Positions 51,901 to 64,000 of a stretch of DNA of 64,000 nucleotides are shown here, one piece after another. The stretch comes from Vicugna vicugna. Taxonomy: Eukaryota. The notes under the pieces were generated by a model. That model was not told the DNA's origin. It did not search any database and saw only the letters and a list, made by a program, of their open reading frames with translations. Where the stretch lies: contig MU057786.1 of the NCBI GenBank assembly GCA_013265495.1, positions 1-64,000 of the forward strand, in the 5' to 3' direction. The stretch's first letter is position 1. Every line of letters begins with the position of its first letter. The position numbers and the translations under genes are program-made.

Positions 51901-54255
51901 AGGTTTGGCCTTTTGAGCTTTCATTCCTTCATGGAAGCCCCCAAGCCCTTGGAGATCTGAAAGACGCTGGATTTATTTGGAGGTTAAGTGTGAGGACTTT
52001 TTATCCCAGCGCACTTCCCTTAAAATTCGACCTGGCTTTGGTCTGAGGCAAAGGCCCAACGATCGAAAAGACTTAGTTGTGAATCATTCTTTCTTTTTTT
52101 TTTTTTGGAGGGGTGGTTAGGGTAGTCTTTGGAGTTTGAAGCCTGAGCAAGATAGCCTGTGTTCTTGAAATACAATGTCGAATGTGTCTATACACATATT
52201 TTTGAATTTGTACGTACTTTACGCTGTAGGCTTAGATAATGCCATCACGGTAGTGTGTAGTGACTTTTAAAAAAATACGGAAAATTGTAAAGGCAGTCAG
52301 AGATAGGGAGTATTGTATAATGAACTCCCATGTACTTAAGGGATTTCAGATTCAACAGTTATTAACATATAACCAGATTTTTCTCATCTAGGCACCTTCC
52401 ATTTCTCACCCCTTAAAAGTTGGAGAATGACGTTTCATCAGTATTTCAGTGTTTATTTGTCAAAGATACGGGTTCTTTTAAAAGACAAAGATGATTTTCT
52501 TACCACTTAAAGTAATTAACTCCTTAATATCAAATACTCATCTGCAGGCTTTCAACTTGAAACAGTTAATGCTTTATGGTTCTAAGACCCATTTTTACCA
52601 AGCGCTGTTCTGTTATGGGCCTAAAATAGCCCAAGTCTAGATTTTTGGTTTGGCCTTTAGTCAGCATTTTTAGGTGATTGCCATGTAAGTGTATCCAAAA
52701 CATTCCAGTTTTGTTGGGTGTATATGTAAATGTAGGTCTGTAGATCAGGGCTTTCCATTCACGGAGGAATGAAAAGAAATGACTTAATTTGTGTTTCTTG
52801 TAGATGCCAAACGTACTTAGTTTTTTTAGGTTATACTTGACAAGATTCTTGAATGTAAATCGATAGTAGAAGGGGAAATAGATCTCCCCAGGAAAAAGTT
52901 TTTGTGACATGTTAAAAGGTCTTCAGACAAATTAGACTATTTTCTCTTAAAACAGATGTGCATGATGACTAAATTAAGTATTGTCCAACTAGAATTGGAT
53001 TCTAACCAAAATATGAGAAAATTCCTTTACCGAATATATTATATATATATATATTTTAAACTAAGTTTATTATAGTAATTCACTCTAAGTTGTAAGAACT
53101 TAAGTTAATAAAGGGAAACATGTAAAATATAGATGAAAACATCTAGAAGTGTAGGTCAAAAATATTCCAATTGTTGTATTGTAAATTTGAAAGTATGAAG
53201 TTTTTTTCCAAACCCCTAGGCAATTGTTCATTTTTTTCTGGTTGTATTTAACTTACTGATATTTAAACTTTAGAAGGTCAAAGTATGGGAGGCGGATAAG
53301 GAGTGACAGTGTTTTGAAAGTACTTTTAACTGGTTTTAAAAATGTTTGACTCTTGATTTACTGTCCTGAAATTTCTTTTTGCCCTAGTACTTTTTAATGT
53401 AGATAAATCAGATGAATCATTTTATCTTTTACTAAAGCAAAGAGGAAAAAAAAGTTACATGTTTCTGTTGCTTCGTTTAGTAATCTATGGACTAGTCAGT
53501 GTAATATGCTGGAGTTCAGGAGCTCCAGAAAATGTAACTCAGCAAATGAGCACAGCACTATAGGGACAAGGCAGAATAAGTGTTAGTTTCTTGCGCTTAG
53601 GGAGATGACCAAGTGAAGAATATTTTTCAAGTCACAGTTCAGATGACATTAGACCAAGAGTCAGAATCTTTGAGATGGGGTTAAAAGCTGCAGATTCTGA
53701 TGTGTGAGAAAACAGCACCATTTTTCTGATTTTTCCCCCCTTATATGAATAAGTGCTCTGAAATTTCAAAGAACTATATTTAGTCAATTATTTGACACTT
53801 CTGAGATTCATAAAATAACATTTTGTGCTTAAGGTTTTATATTTTAAGGTAATTAGCCTATTCAGATAATTTTTTAAGGTAAAAGTGATGAGAATGTTAA
53901 GTAGATTCATTTGAAACTTTAAAGAAAAATCGATGTTCCACAATAAGTTGGTTTTGTGTGTACTGTATTATAAGTTAGTTGTTATGTTTTCTTATTCTAA
54001 AAGTAGCATATGAATATGTACTCACTGAAAAAAAGTTGATGTAGAAGCATATAGAGTAAAAAATGAGCCTCCCTCTTTACACTCCCTCCCCATATTTATT
54101 TAACTATTTTTAAAAATTTGTATCTTGATTGTTGAAAAGCCACATGCAGAGAATCCCTATGTTCTTAGTTTTATATTCAGTATTCACATTTGCGAAGTAT
54201 TTGGCGATTATATATTTTCTTTTTTTTCCACAGAGAATATGAAACAGGTGTCAAA

Positions 54256-54754
54256 ATGACATCCAGATTTGGGAAAACATACAGTAGGAAAGGAGGAAAT
54301 GGCAGTTCAAAATTTGATGAAGTCTTTTCCAACAAACGGACCACCCTTAGCACAAAGTGGGGAGAGACCACATTTATGGCTAAATTAGGTCAGAAGAGGC
54401 CCAATTTCAAACCAGATATCCAAGAAATTCCGAAGAAACCTAAGATGGAAGAAGAAAATACTGGTGATCCTTTTGGATTTGATAGCGATGATGAGTCTCT
54501 ACCAGTTTCTTCGAAGAATTTAGCCCAGGGTAAGGGTTCCTCTTATTCAGAATCTAATGAAGCTGCTCAGCTGGAAGATGTCACTTCTGTACTTGAAGCT
54601 AATAGCAAAATTAGTCACGTGATGGGTGAAGACAGCGTTGTATCTGATAAATGCTTGCGTTTGGAGGATACTTTGCTTGGGAAAGAAAAGAGCACAAACC
54701 GTGTCTTGGAAGATGATGCAAGCAGAAGTAGCTGTACTAAATTAATGACTTCAG
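54256..54754 (+). CDS. WAPL: WAPL cohesin release factor, first coding exon (exon 2 = 54234-54754; codons 1-166 plus 1 nt; gene continues beyond window)
   Basis: Translation [63 protein letters not shown]...[21 protein letters not shown] matches the WAPL N-terminus, with YSR motif (aa 9-11) and FGF motif (aa 73-75). Polypyrimidine tract + CAG acceptor at 54231-54233; CAG|GTAAGT donor after 54754. Confidence 0.97.
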
Positions 54755-57700
54755 GTAAGTTTTGATTTTCTTTGTTCTGAACCAGGAGAGCATTGTGTAA
54801 GCCATTTAGTTAAATGAGTTTTGATTTAAATTCTGAAATACTGTACCTCTTGGGTTTTCTTTCTGCATTTATAATTAATTGGGACCAAAGATAATTTTGT
54901 AGAAGAGATTTAAGAAATTAAAGAAACCAGTGGGGGTTGAAATTTTACTTAAACAACTTGGAGATTAATGTTTCCACACTATACTTACAGTAATTTTGGG
55001 AATGGTTTTTCAGTAGTCCCTAACTCCAGTTCCAGTAGTAAGCGTCTCTTTTTGTTGTATTAGGATTGCACAGTATCTCATTTCTATTACTGTGGAGAAT
55101 TTGGATGGTGACTGATAATGAAAATGAGATGAGCATTTACAATGAGGATTAGGTTTACGAGTGTTAGACTTTCTTCCAAAACTGGAGAGATTAAGGAGGT
55201 ATTGAGTGGGAATGTTGAAGAATTGAACTTCATTGCAGATTGAGATTAGTTTGAAGATGGTTTGGTGCCAGTAGCAACTTGTATTAATAGATTTTCCTCC
55301 ACGAAACCAGTTGTATTTTTGAAATGTTAATTTGTAAATGTGGCATCTAGTGTTTGTTCCTAAGACAATGTATTTTGTCAGTTGTATCCCTAACTCTCTT
55401 TTGTAAAGAATTTGAGACTGAAAATAAATGATAAGAAGTGCAATTAACTAAATGACTGAAGAGCTAAGGTTGGAGATGGCAAGGAAGACAGCGTGCATGC
55501 CTTATCAGCAGTAGGACAAGGATGGCACCTTGGTCGAAAACAAACCTTAGTTTTTTATCTTTTGGCAAAATTTAGCGATAATGAAAGGTTATATAGAGCT
55601 TATATTTTGAAAGGAGGTCAAGACAAACCTTTCCTGGTTCTGGATTATTGAGAGGAATTTGTCCTTTGGGAGCCTTATAAGGCCCTCAAACCGTATAACG
55701 CAAGACTATGCCTTGCATAGTTTGACTAAAAATGCTGAACATTTTTCGCTCTTTTTCTCACCCTTGGATGAGAGGATGAGCCAGCTGTTACTGTCATTCC
55801 GTTGACCCTCCTGGTTAATTCTGATTTGGCTCTTATCCTTTGCCCACATTTCTCCTGAGGCATTGTTTGTAACTTAGGTTAGGTTAAATTTCATTAAAAA
55901 ACAACGTAAAAGCTGTTTCCCAAATCAGCTCCTAAAACTCTGTTCTAATCATAGAACGATTGAACCAAAACGATCTTTAACTCATGTCTCCTCGTTTGAT
56001 ATATGAGACTCAAAGACGTTAAGTAACTGTTGAAGGTTGGGTCGTGGCAGAATTGGAATGAGATTCAATTTTTGATTTTTTTAAAAATGTTGAGCACCTA
56101 CTCTGTGTCCTGTACTGTGCTAGGCTCTGGGAATGCTGTTCCATGGCAGTTATCTAGTGGTCTGGTCCTCAGTGTGGGGCAGATAGGCTGGAGGAAAGAA
56201 GATGAGGCTGGGCAAGTGGTGAATCATGAAGGCAGACACAAGCTTCCCCAAGTGCTGTCTTTGGAGATAGGGCGGCGGCATTGGCAGGCAGAGGGTATTG
56301 ATAGGATGAATGTTTAGGTAGAGGGGGAGCAGGAACTTGGAAGTGAAATAGTCATAGGCAGCAGTTACTTAGAGAGCTTTGCTGATGTTACATCTGTGTG
56401 TGTCCAAACTACCATTTGAAGTTGTCTGGGGGGAACTGGAAACATAATTTTCTGTAGAAATGAGGTACTAGCTTCCCAGTCTTAATGTAGCTGCATTGTA
56501 GTTCTGGTACTGATACAGCGGACTGACTGGGACTCCAGACTCAATTATAATGGGTTTGTGAGGAGAAAGTGTATACTAAAATTCAGATAAATAGATGTTA
56601 AAGAACATCTTGCTCCTCTTCCTTCTTTCTTCACAAGGCACCATTAGTTGGGAATGGTGTAGCACTATGAATATTTCTTACTTTATCCTTTTTGGCCATC
56701 CAAAGCTGCAGCAACCCTGGCAGCCTGCTGTAGGATAAGGAGGAACTTTGAGTGAGTTCTTTTAATTCTGATGGTAATCTTATCTTACCCCTAACACGTG
56801 TAAGTTAGTTGTTCTTATAAACCCTTTAAAAGTTCGTGTGTTTATACGTTGATTATAGTTCTGGAATACTTCTATACATTGTTCCCTTCTTTTTCATTGC
56901 TTCTCTCCTTTGAAATTTGGGCATTTCCCTGGGCGTAGACTTTTTTCTTGCATTTTGTTGGTCAGATTGTCTTGCCTCTACTATTGTTTCAAAAGCCTTC
57001 TGATTTTAAAGTTTAGAAATTCAAACCTAAAGTTTTGATAAAAGGGGTTTCTGTAAATCAAAAGTGATTCCTAAACCTTTTTTGAATTGGAGGTCTTTTG
57101 AGAATGATACATTTTGGACTTCAGATAGAAGTGTTTGCATACCTATGTAGGTCTCAGAAATCTTTTGCGGGTCTTTTTCAGGTATTTTGTATAAGAACCT
57201 GTGAAAAATTTTATAATCATGCTTGTTCAGAGTGTACAAGTTGGGTTCTTCGGAATCCTTCCAGTGGAATGTTCCTGCTCATTCAGACCTTTTTTTGCTG
57301 AGAATTATATAGCACGTTAGTGAAAAGGGCTTATCCAAGCTCAAACTTATTATATATCATTCCTCCTGACATTAAGTTTTAAAACAGATCTCTTTATAGG
57401 GGAGTATGTGGTTAATTTTTAGGTGCTATTAAAATTCCTTGTTTTTAATGTTTTATACCCGATAGTGCTTTTTAAAATTGTGGCTTATTTGAAGAGGAAA
57501 CCCAGAATGAGGTCGTGATAAAATATGTAATGGTTGCCATGTTCCAAATAGATGCTTGATGGGTAAGGGAACCAGAAGCAAGATTACAAACTGAATGAGA
57601 ACTGCAGGGAAGGATTGGGTTGCTAAAACATTCTAGCCTTGATTTTTTTTTTTTTTAATATGGAACTTTCAGGCACATAAAAATAGCATGTTAAAAGAAC

Positions 57701-59499
57701 TTCATGTGCCTGTTTTCTCACTTCAGCAGTTGTCAGTGTATGGCAAGGCTTGTTCCATCTATTGTATATACTACTCTCTCTACCTCCTGTCCTCTACCTC
57801 CTGGATTATTTTAAAGCAGATTCTGGATTTCTTATTTTATCAGCATATACTTTAGTTGCAGTTGCCATGAAAGCCAGTGAGTTCTCAAACAAGTGTGACA
57901 CTTAAAAATGACTTTTAGCAGGACCTAAAAGTTTGGCCTTTTGAGAGATCTTAGAATATTCTTAGGAAGTTTAGAATCCAGGGCTGTGTGCATTAGGAGT
58001 AAAAGAAGGCTTCTCTTGGCTTTTATATGTAGCTACTTCTATTTTTCATCTTTCTGCTACAGGTTTTTAATCTGGACTCTAGAATAAAGTGTGCAAAGAC
58101 TTGCATTTCTACTTGGCACGTTTTCCTTGCTAGCCAGCTGGGATTCAGTCTGCATATCCTGCCAAATATTGAGATAACTACGGCATAGGCTCTTAATTTG
58201 CATGACTTTTTGTAGCCAATAATTTTTTTTTCTATTTGCTTAAAGCTGTACTGAGTATTTGTATAAGTTAGAGGGATGTTGTCAAAAAATCGGGAACTTT
58301 GATTTAGAACTAAAGATGGTTTTTGGAAAGAGATGGATTGTTTTATGCCTGAAAGCTTAAAGTAGGCCAGGAACTTGTGACCTGAGGAGATTGTCATCTA
58401 CTCACTGGATAAAGTACAGGTGATTAATGAGGATTATTAAAGAATTCCCAAAGTATAATATAGGCAAGAGATGTTTGCCTTCATTTAGACATTGAATGTA
58501 TTTGTCATGTAGAATATACTTAAATCAAACCTAACATCTACTTTTAAGGGAAGACAATAAAATGCCTATTATTACTCTTTGCTGAGCCCTTTATTTATCA
58601 GTTGATACTTAATCACAACTATTTAAGGCAGGCTTTATTCTCATTTTATAGGGTATAAAGCATAGTTCAGAAAGGTTGAATAACTTGAACTATTAAGTGG
58701 AAGATCTAAGAAACATCCTAAGTGTTCTTTTCATGTAGTGCTGCTGTATTCTGATGTGAGTGAACTTTATTTTATCATACTTAAAGCCTTACATTTAAAA
58801 TAACAAGACTACTGCTATATGATCAGTTTAATCTTGATATTGGGAATCCCTTGGACAAATAGCAAGTTATGGGTTACCTTGTCTCTGTTTAAATAATTTT
58901 CTTTTTAATAAGAATGATGGCCAAACTACTTATCATACTTACTGAAGAAAGCTGGCCATATTTTTATAGATAATAAGTATCTTTTATTTGCTAATTTTTT
59001 GTGCTGTATACAGATGGAAATTCAACAGTATGCAAATTCTGAGACACTGTAATTTCAAGTAAATTCATTGTGTTTCAAAGTAAAACTTTTATTTATTGTA
59101 AAAGTTTTTTTTTTTTAATAAAAGGAGGTTAATTCTCAAGGTTTGAGCAATAGCACAAGCGTGGGTAACCACTAACAAGTTTCTCCTTGGATACTGGTTG
59201 AATACCAACCATGGGCTAGTACAAGAAAACTGTAAGCATAATATCTGTCTTCTAGGGATGGAGCTACTGACTTCTGCTGGTCATGATAAATAACTACTTC
59301 TAAAACAATGGCAACATACTTGTTTAATGCTTGTTGCTTTTCAGAGCATTTCCCACATGTATTCCATATTCTTAGACTTTAGACCCAGATGATACATCAT
59401 GTATTTTGATGATCCAGCCCCATCCTCAACTTTTCTAGACCCCTGGTGGTAGAGGAGGATGAATTTTTCATAGGTTGTTCTGGAGATACCTTCCTTCCA

Positions 59500-61500
59500 A
59501 CTGTCCAGCTATAATTTTAGTATCTTCTGTATGCCAAGTGTTGGGTGTGTATCCATGAACAAGATCTTGCCTTTTTCACATTCTAGTGGGCAAGATGGAC
59601 TGAATAAAGAATAGGACAGAGATTGAATAAAGATAAACAAGTGTGCAAAAAATGACAGGAAAATATAGGGTGCTGTGAGAGCATATAATAGGCTAATTTA
59701 CTTGATCTGAGTGAGGCATTTGGGCAAGGCTGACATTTAACTTGAGATGTGTTGGTGCACTGAGAAAGGATAAAAGTGGCAAAGTATGTTGACATGGTCT
59801 GTAAGGAAGAAGGAGACATGAAGAATGGATCCCAGGTATCTACTGTGAGCAACTGAGTGGATTGAAATAAGGGGACGAGTTGAGGGAAAGTTTATATGAG
59901 TTCAGTTTTGGCCACATTGAGATATTTGTGAGACATGTTCAAAGGCAGTAGAATCTGCTGGTATGGAACTTAGATAAAAAGTCTTGGTTGGAGATGATAC
60001 ATTTGTGATTCAACATATAAATGTTACTTGAAAGTACAGGATTAGAAGAAGTCATTACGAAGAATGTGAAGAAAAAGTACTGAACTTGAAGAACTAGCAA
60101 TGGATGGAGAGAAGAAAAAGAAAAACTAGATAAGGAAATTGAGTAGGAGCAGCTAGAGCACCTGAAGGAAAATCAAGCAAGTAACATTTTATAGAATCTA
60201 ACTGAAGAGTGTTTCATGAAGGTTCAACTGAATTGGAAGGCCTGTGCAAGGTCAGTGAAAATGAGGACTGCAAAGCCGGCATTGGATTTCACAGCTTGGA
60301 CAGGAGTGGTCTGAGCAGTGAGTACACAGTGAGGAAATGGAATTCTACACAAATTGTTAAAAACGTTTGAAGGAAAGAAAAGAGGCAGCGAGAGATACAT
60401 GAGGGGTTCTGGAAAGTTCAGTTGCACAAGAGAGCCTCAAAGCGTAGGATCAAAAGGGGAGAGTAGTCTTGGGAGAAAGGATGCTGCATTTCCTGGACAG
60501 GAGAAAAGGTGGGTGAAAATGGGAGCTTAACGGGAGGATGGAAGCTAAGACGTTGTATGAAAGCTTCATTTTCCTGCCCCCTCCCCCCATAAAGTGACAA
60601 AAGAGGTCATTGCTGAAAGGAAGAAAGAAAGAAGGTTGATACGTGGTGGCTGGAGGGAACGGGCAAAGGATTCAAATAGATAACTGCAGAAAGTGGAAGA
60701 GGAGGAAGTTGTCTAGAGAGAAAGTAGAATTTCTGGACGTTATTGATGCCTTAGTTGAAGTTTGTATCCCTGAAAACCCCTGGTCGCTGATCTGACTATT
60801 GAGCGTGTGTTTTCCCCTCTCCTTTAGTAGGCCTTATTAGCCAGAACCTGCCCAGAATATGGAATATTGGATAGGATAATGAGAATTATTTTGGACTGGC
60901 ATTTTGTCTGACAGGACATAGAATGAATAGAGAAGAGAGTTAGGATATCAGCTGGAGAGTGATGGAAATGATGGACTGTCCTAGGTTTAAAGTTTATTAA
61001 CTGGACAGGGTGGGTGGCTAGGAGAAAGATCAGAAGAGAGGTCAGTATACTGAAAGTCTTATTGAATAAAAGTCAAGAATGGGTTACTGAAACAAGCAAG
61101 TTGGATAGCTGGTAGTGATTAAAATGTGGGTTGTCTGATTTTAATATTTAAGATTTGCCACATTTTAGGACATGACAAGTTCCTGATGAAACTGAACTGG
61201 TGGCTGAAGTGAAATGTAGAAGACTTGTCAGAAGAAGGTTAAGGAACTGGGAGACCAGGGAGTTGGAATTTGGTAGAATTCAGGGTGATGGCAAAACTGG
61301 CATGGGTAGGGGTAGATTATAAATCTGGTGTGAAATCCTTAAATAAATGAAGAATAAGAGGTGGTTGGACAACAGATAGGAGAGATTTAGAGGGTAACTA
61401 GCTAAGGTGGCACAAACCTGAAAAGAATGGGCTTGTATAAGAGGGGTGTAGTAATGGTTTTATATAGGGCTCTGGAGAGCCATCACGTGAGTAACCACAA
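59500..61500. mobile_element. Degenerate L2 remnants in WAPL intron 2
   Basis: Purine-rich decayed L2 landmarks such as ATGAGTTCAGTTTTGGCCACATTGAG; boundaries uncertain. Confidence 0.55.
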
Positions 61501-61769
61501 ACCGTCCTTCTCTGAGATACTTGAGGGCGCCACAGGAGGAGGGCATACTCAGTCAAGTTTCAGCTAGGGCCAGGAGGTGGTGGAGGGCCTGACGCCCAGG
61601 TGTATGTGAGTATGCTGATCACTGAGGCCTGGGTACTCTGGATTTAGAAGGTGTGGGGTGGTGGGGGTGGGTTGTTGGATTAAGAGATGGGAAAGAGGTA
61701 CAGGTAGATTTTGAGGAGATAGATAAGATGTTCCCCCCCCTCATGAATTTTTCAAGTTTGCATCATGAT

Positions 61770-62210
61770 TTATCAGTCAAGGTCCCAACTGAAAACAGGT
61801 GACAAGGACAGGTAAGCTAATACCAGGAGGGTTTATTTGTAGAGGGTCTGTTTATGAAGGTGTGGGAGGACTGTTAGGGAAAGCACCGAGAATGGTGCCC
61901 TAGCCTCAGTTAGCTGCAGTGAAGCTCTTCTCACTGAGTTTCATAGGGGCAGGGGATTATTTGAGCTGTGTAGAGAAGGCCACCTTGAAAACAGCATCCT
62001 TCTTTTGAGGGACCTTGTAAGGAGGGTACTGGAGGATAAAAATACCTGAACCTAACTCTGCTCCCTCCTTCCTTTGTCCTGGTGCTCCTCATAGTTGGAA
62101 CCCAGTGGAAGCCTGAGGGTAAGGAAACTGACACAACACAGGTCAGCCTCCTGGAGCTGAGATCTGGGTGGAGAGTGGATCTGGAAGGGCAAGTAGAAGA
62201 TAACTGGTAC
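61770..62210 (-). mobile_element. LTR33-like ERVL LTR
   Basis: ATCAGTCAAGGTCCCAACTGAAAACAGGTGAC...AGTGGATCTGGAAGGGCAAG. Confidence 0.6.
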
Positions 62211-62214
62211 AATA

Positions 62215-62760
62215 TCTTAAAAAAAACTATGAAGGTTTATGGAAATGTACACAATTATATAATCATTATTCAGATAGAGAATATTTCCTTCATGTCAAAA
62301 GTTCCTTCATGCTTCTTTGTGGTCAGCCCCTCCTCCCACTTACAAGCCTGACATCCACTGATCTGTTTTCTGTCCCTGTAACTTTGTTTTTTTCCAAAAT
62401 GTCATATACATGAGATCATACAATACGTAGCAATTTCAGCCTGGCTTTTTTCATTTAGCAAAATACTTTTAAAGCATATTCCATATTGTTGCATGTATGA
62501 GTATGTTTATTGTTGAGTAGTATTCCATTGTATATATGTACCACAGTCCATTCACTAGTTGAAGGACATTTGGGTTTTCAGTTTTTGGTGGTAATGAATG
62601 AAGCTGCTTACATTTGCATTTAGGTTTTTGTGTAGCTGTATGTCCACATTCCTCTTGGGGCCAGTACCTAGGTGTGGATTGCTACAAGTCTTAAAAGTAT
62701 GGATCCTAAATTTAAATGTTTGCAAGGAATATAATTTCCTGCAAAGTAATTTATGTAATT
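62215..62760 (-). mobile_element. Old L1 3' end
   Basis: CCACTGATCTGTTTTCTGTC...TGAGTAGTATTCCATTGTAT...GAAGGACATTTGGGTT. Confidence 0.7.
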
Positions 62761-64000
62761 TGCTATAAATATTGGTGTTTTGAATTGAAACTGGCATGCA
62801 ATTTAGGTATCAGTGATTTCTTTAAACCTTTTTATTGCAAAATAAAACACAGATATAAAAAATCACAATATAACATATAGGAATATCTGTTTTGCTTAAT
62901 GAATTATAGGGCAACAAACACTGTTATAACCACCACCCACATCAAGAAGGAAAATAGTGCCAGCTACTCCAGAAGCTCTTCCTTGTGTCGTCTCCTTCAC
63001 CCTCAAAGTAATTGCTATCCTGTGCTTTATCATAATCATCTGCTTGCTTACAAATACCGTAATTATTTGCTGTTCACTTTCACACGTTAAAAAAAAATAA
63101 AAACAGGTTTTTTCTTCAACAGCCAGATTTACAGCCCCCTCTTTGCCTTTTTGTAATTGTATTTCTGTCCCACTTCCCCTTTAGGATTTTATCCTAATGT
63201 TTAAAATGACTAGTATGTTTAGTGTTTTAATGGTCATCTTTGTCTTAATTCTTTGTACAAAAATATGTATATAAATTTAAACGTAAACTTTTAAGAATTT
63301 TCTGTGACTCTAATGCTTATTTAAAAATTCTTCTAGACTAAATTCTGATTGTAATTATTAGTGCATAATAGATCCAGTGTGAATGCTGTACATTTTAAAG
63401 GCAAAATTTATTGAAAATGACACGTGTGGAGCCTTTTTCAATTAGTTTGAGTATATGTGGATGAATATTATTGCTAGAATTAAGAAAAAGCTCTGGCATC
63501 AATCTCTTCTTATTTCTTAATACATCTAAATATTGAGATACCCTATTGACAAAAATGAGAATGGAAAGAGTTTTGTTATGGCAGGTTTTATTTGTTAAAG
63601 CAATAATCGGAACCACCTGACATGCAGAGGATTTGTTACCGAGACATTAGACGTAGTTATTAAGCCCAGAAGAAAATAATATGTCACATTATTTATTTTT
63701 AGGCCATGCCAGAGTAGGAGCGGTATACCATAGTAGGTTTAGAGATAGGTGAGTGATAGATACGCCATTATTTGTAATGTGGGAGAGGAATGATTAATCC
63801 CGGGTGTGTTGGTAGATGTGTTTTGGACCAGAGTACATGAAGTTGAGGATTTAGAAATGAATGTCCCTAAAACTTAATTGTGCTATATATGTTTTGAAAG
63901 GTCTTTGTTTAACTCCAGGCGTCTGTGTATTTAGTTTGAAAACTTAATTGTCAGGGTGGCCTACTAGTTGAAAAGTGGCTGGTATGTGGATGTGTTTCCT

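Noticed and set aside
54190..54255. N-terminal [15 protein letters not shown] extension in the ORF track
   Set aside because: Mostly intronic polypyrimidine tract before the acceptor at 54233; the true start is ATG 54256.

Overview
Mammalian genomic DNA, most likely camelid (camel/alpaca), judged from nine tRNA-Ala-like SINEs of the vic-1 type and their companion young L1 3' ends. The only supportable protein-coding gene is the 5' end of WAPL (cohesin release factor) on the + strand. It has a CpG-island promoter at ~50.4-51.9 kb, non-coding exon 1 ending at 51436, and coding exon 2 at 54234-54754 (ATG at 54256); the rest lies beyond the window. The upstream 50 kb is intergenic and repeat-rich (L1, L2, MIR, MaLR/ERVL/ERV1 LTRs, Tigger1, MER33/58/5). 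It holds a processed LSM3 pseudogene inside a MER33 and itself split by a 2.9 kb L1, an orphan CpG island at ~36.5-38 kb with a 73-nt hairpin, and a GC-rich patch at ~5.4-6.4 kb with tandem CTCF-like motifs. The most notable candidates for unexplored biology are the WAPL 5' UTR uORFs (one poly-arginine, one whose stop overlaps the main AUG) and the orphan island with its hairpin. I see no clear evidence of a wholly new gene system. Repeat subfamily names and most repeat boundaries are from recognition by eye and are approximate.
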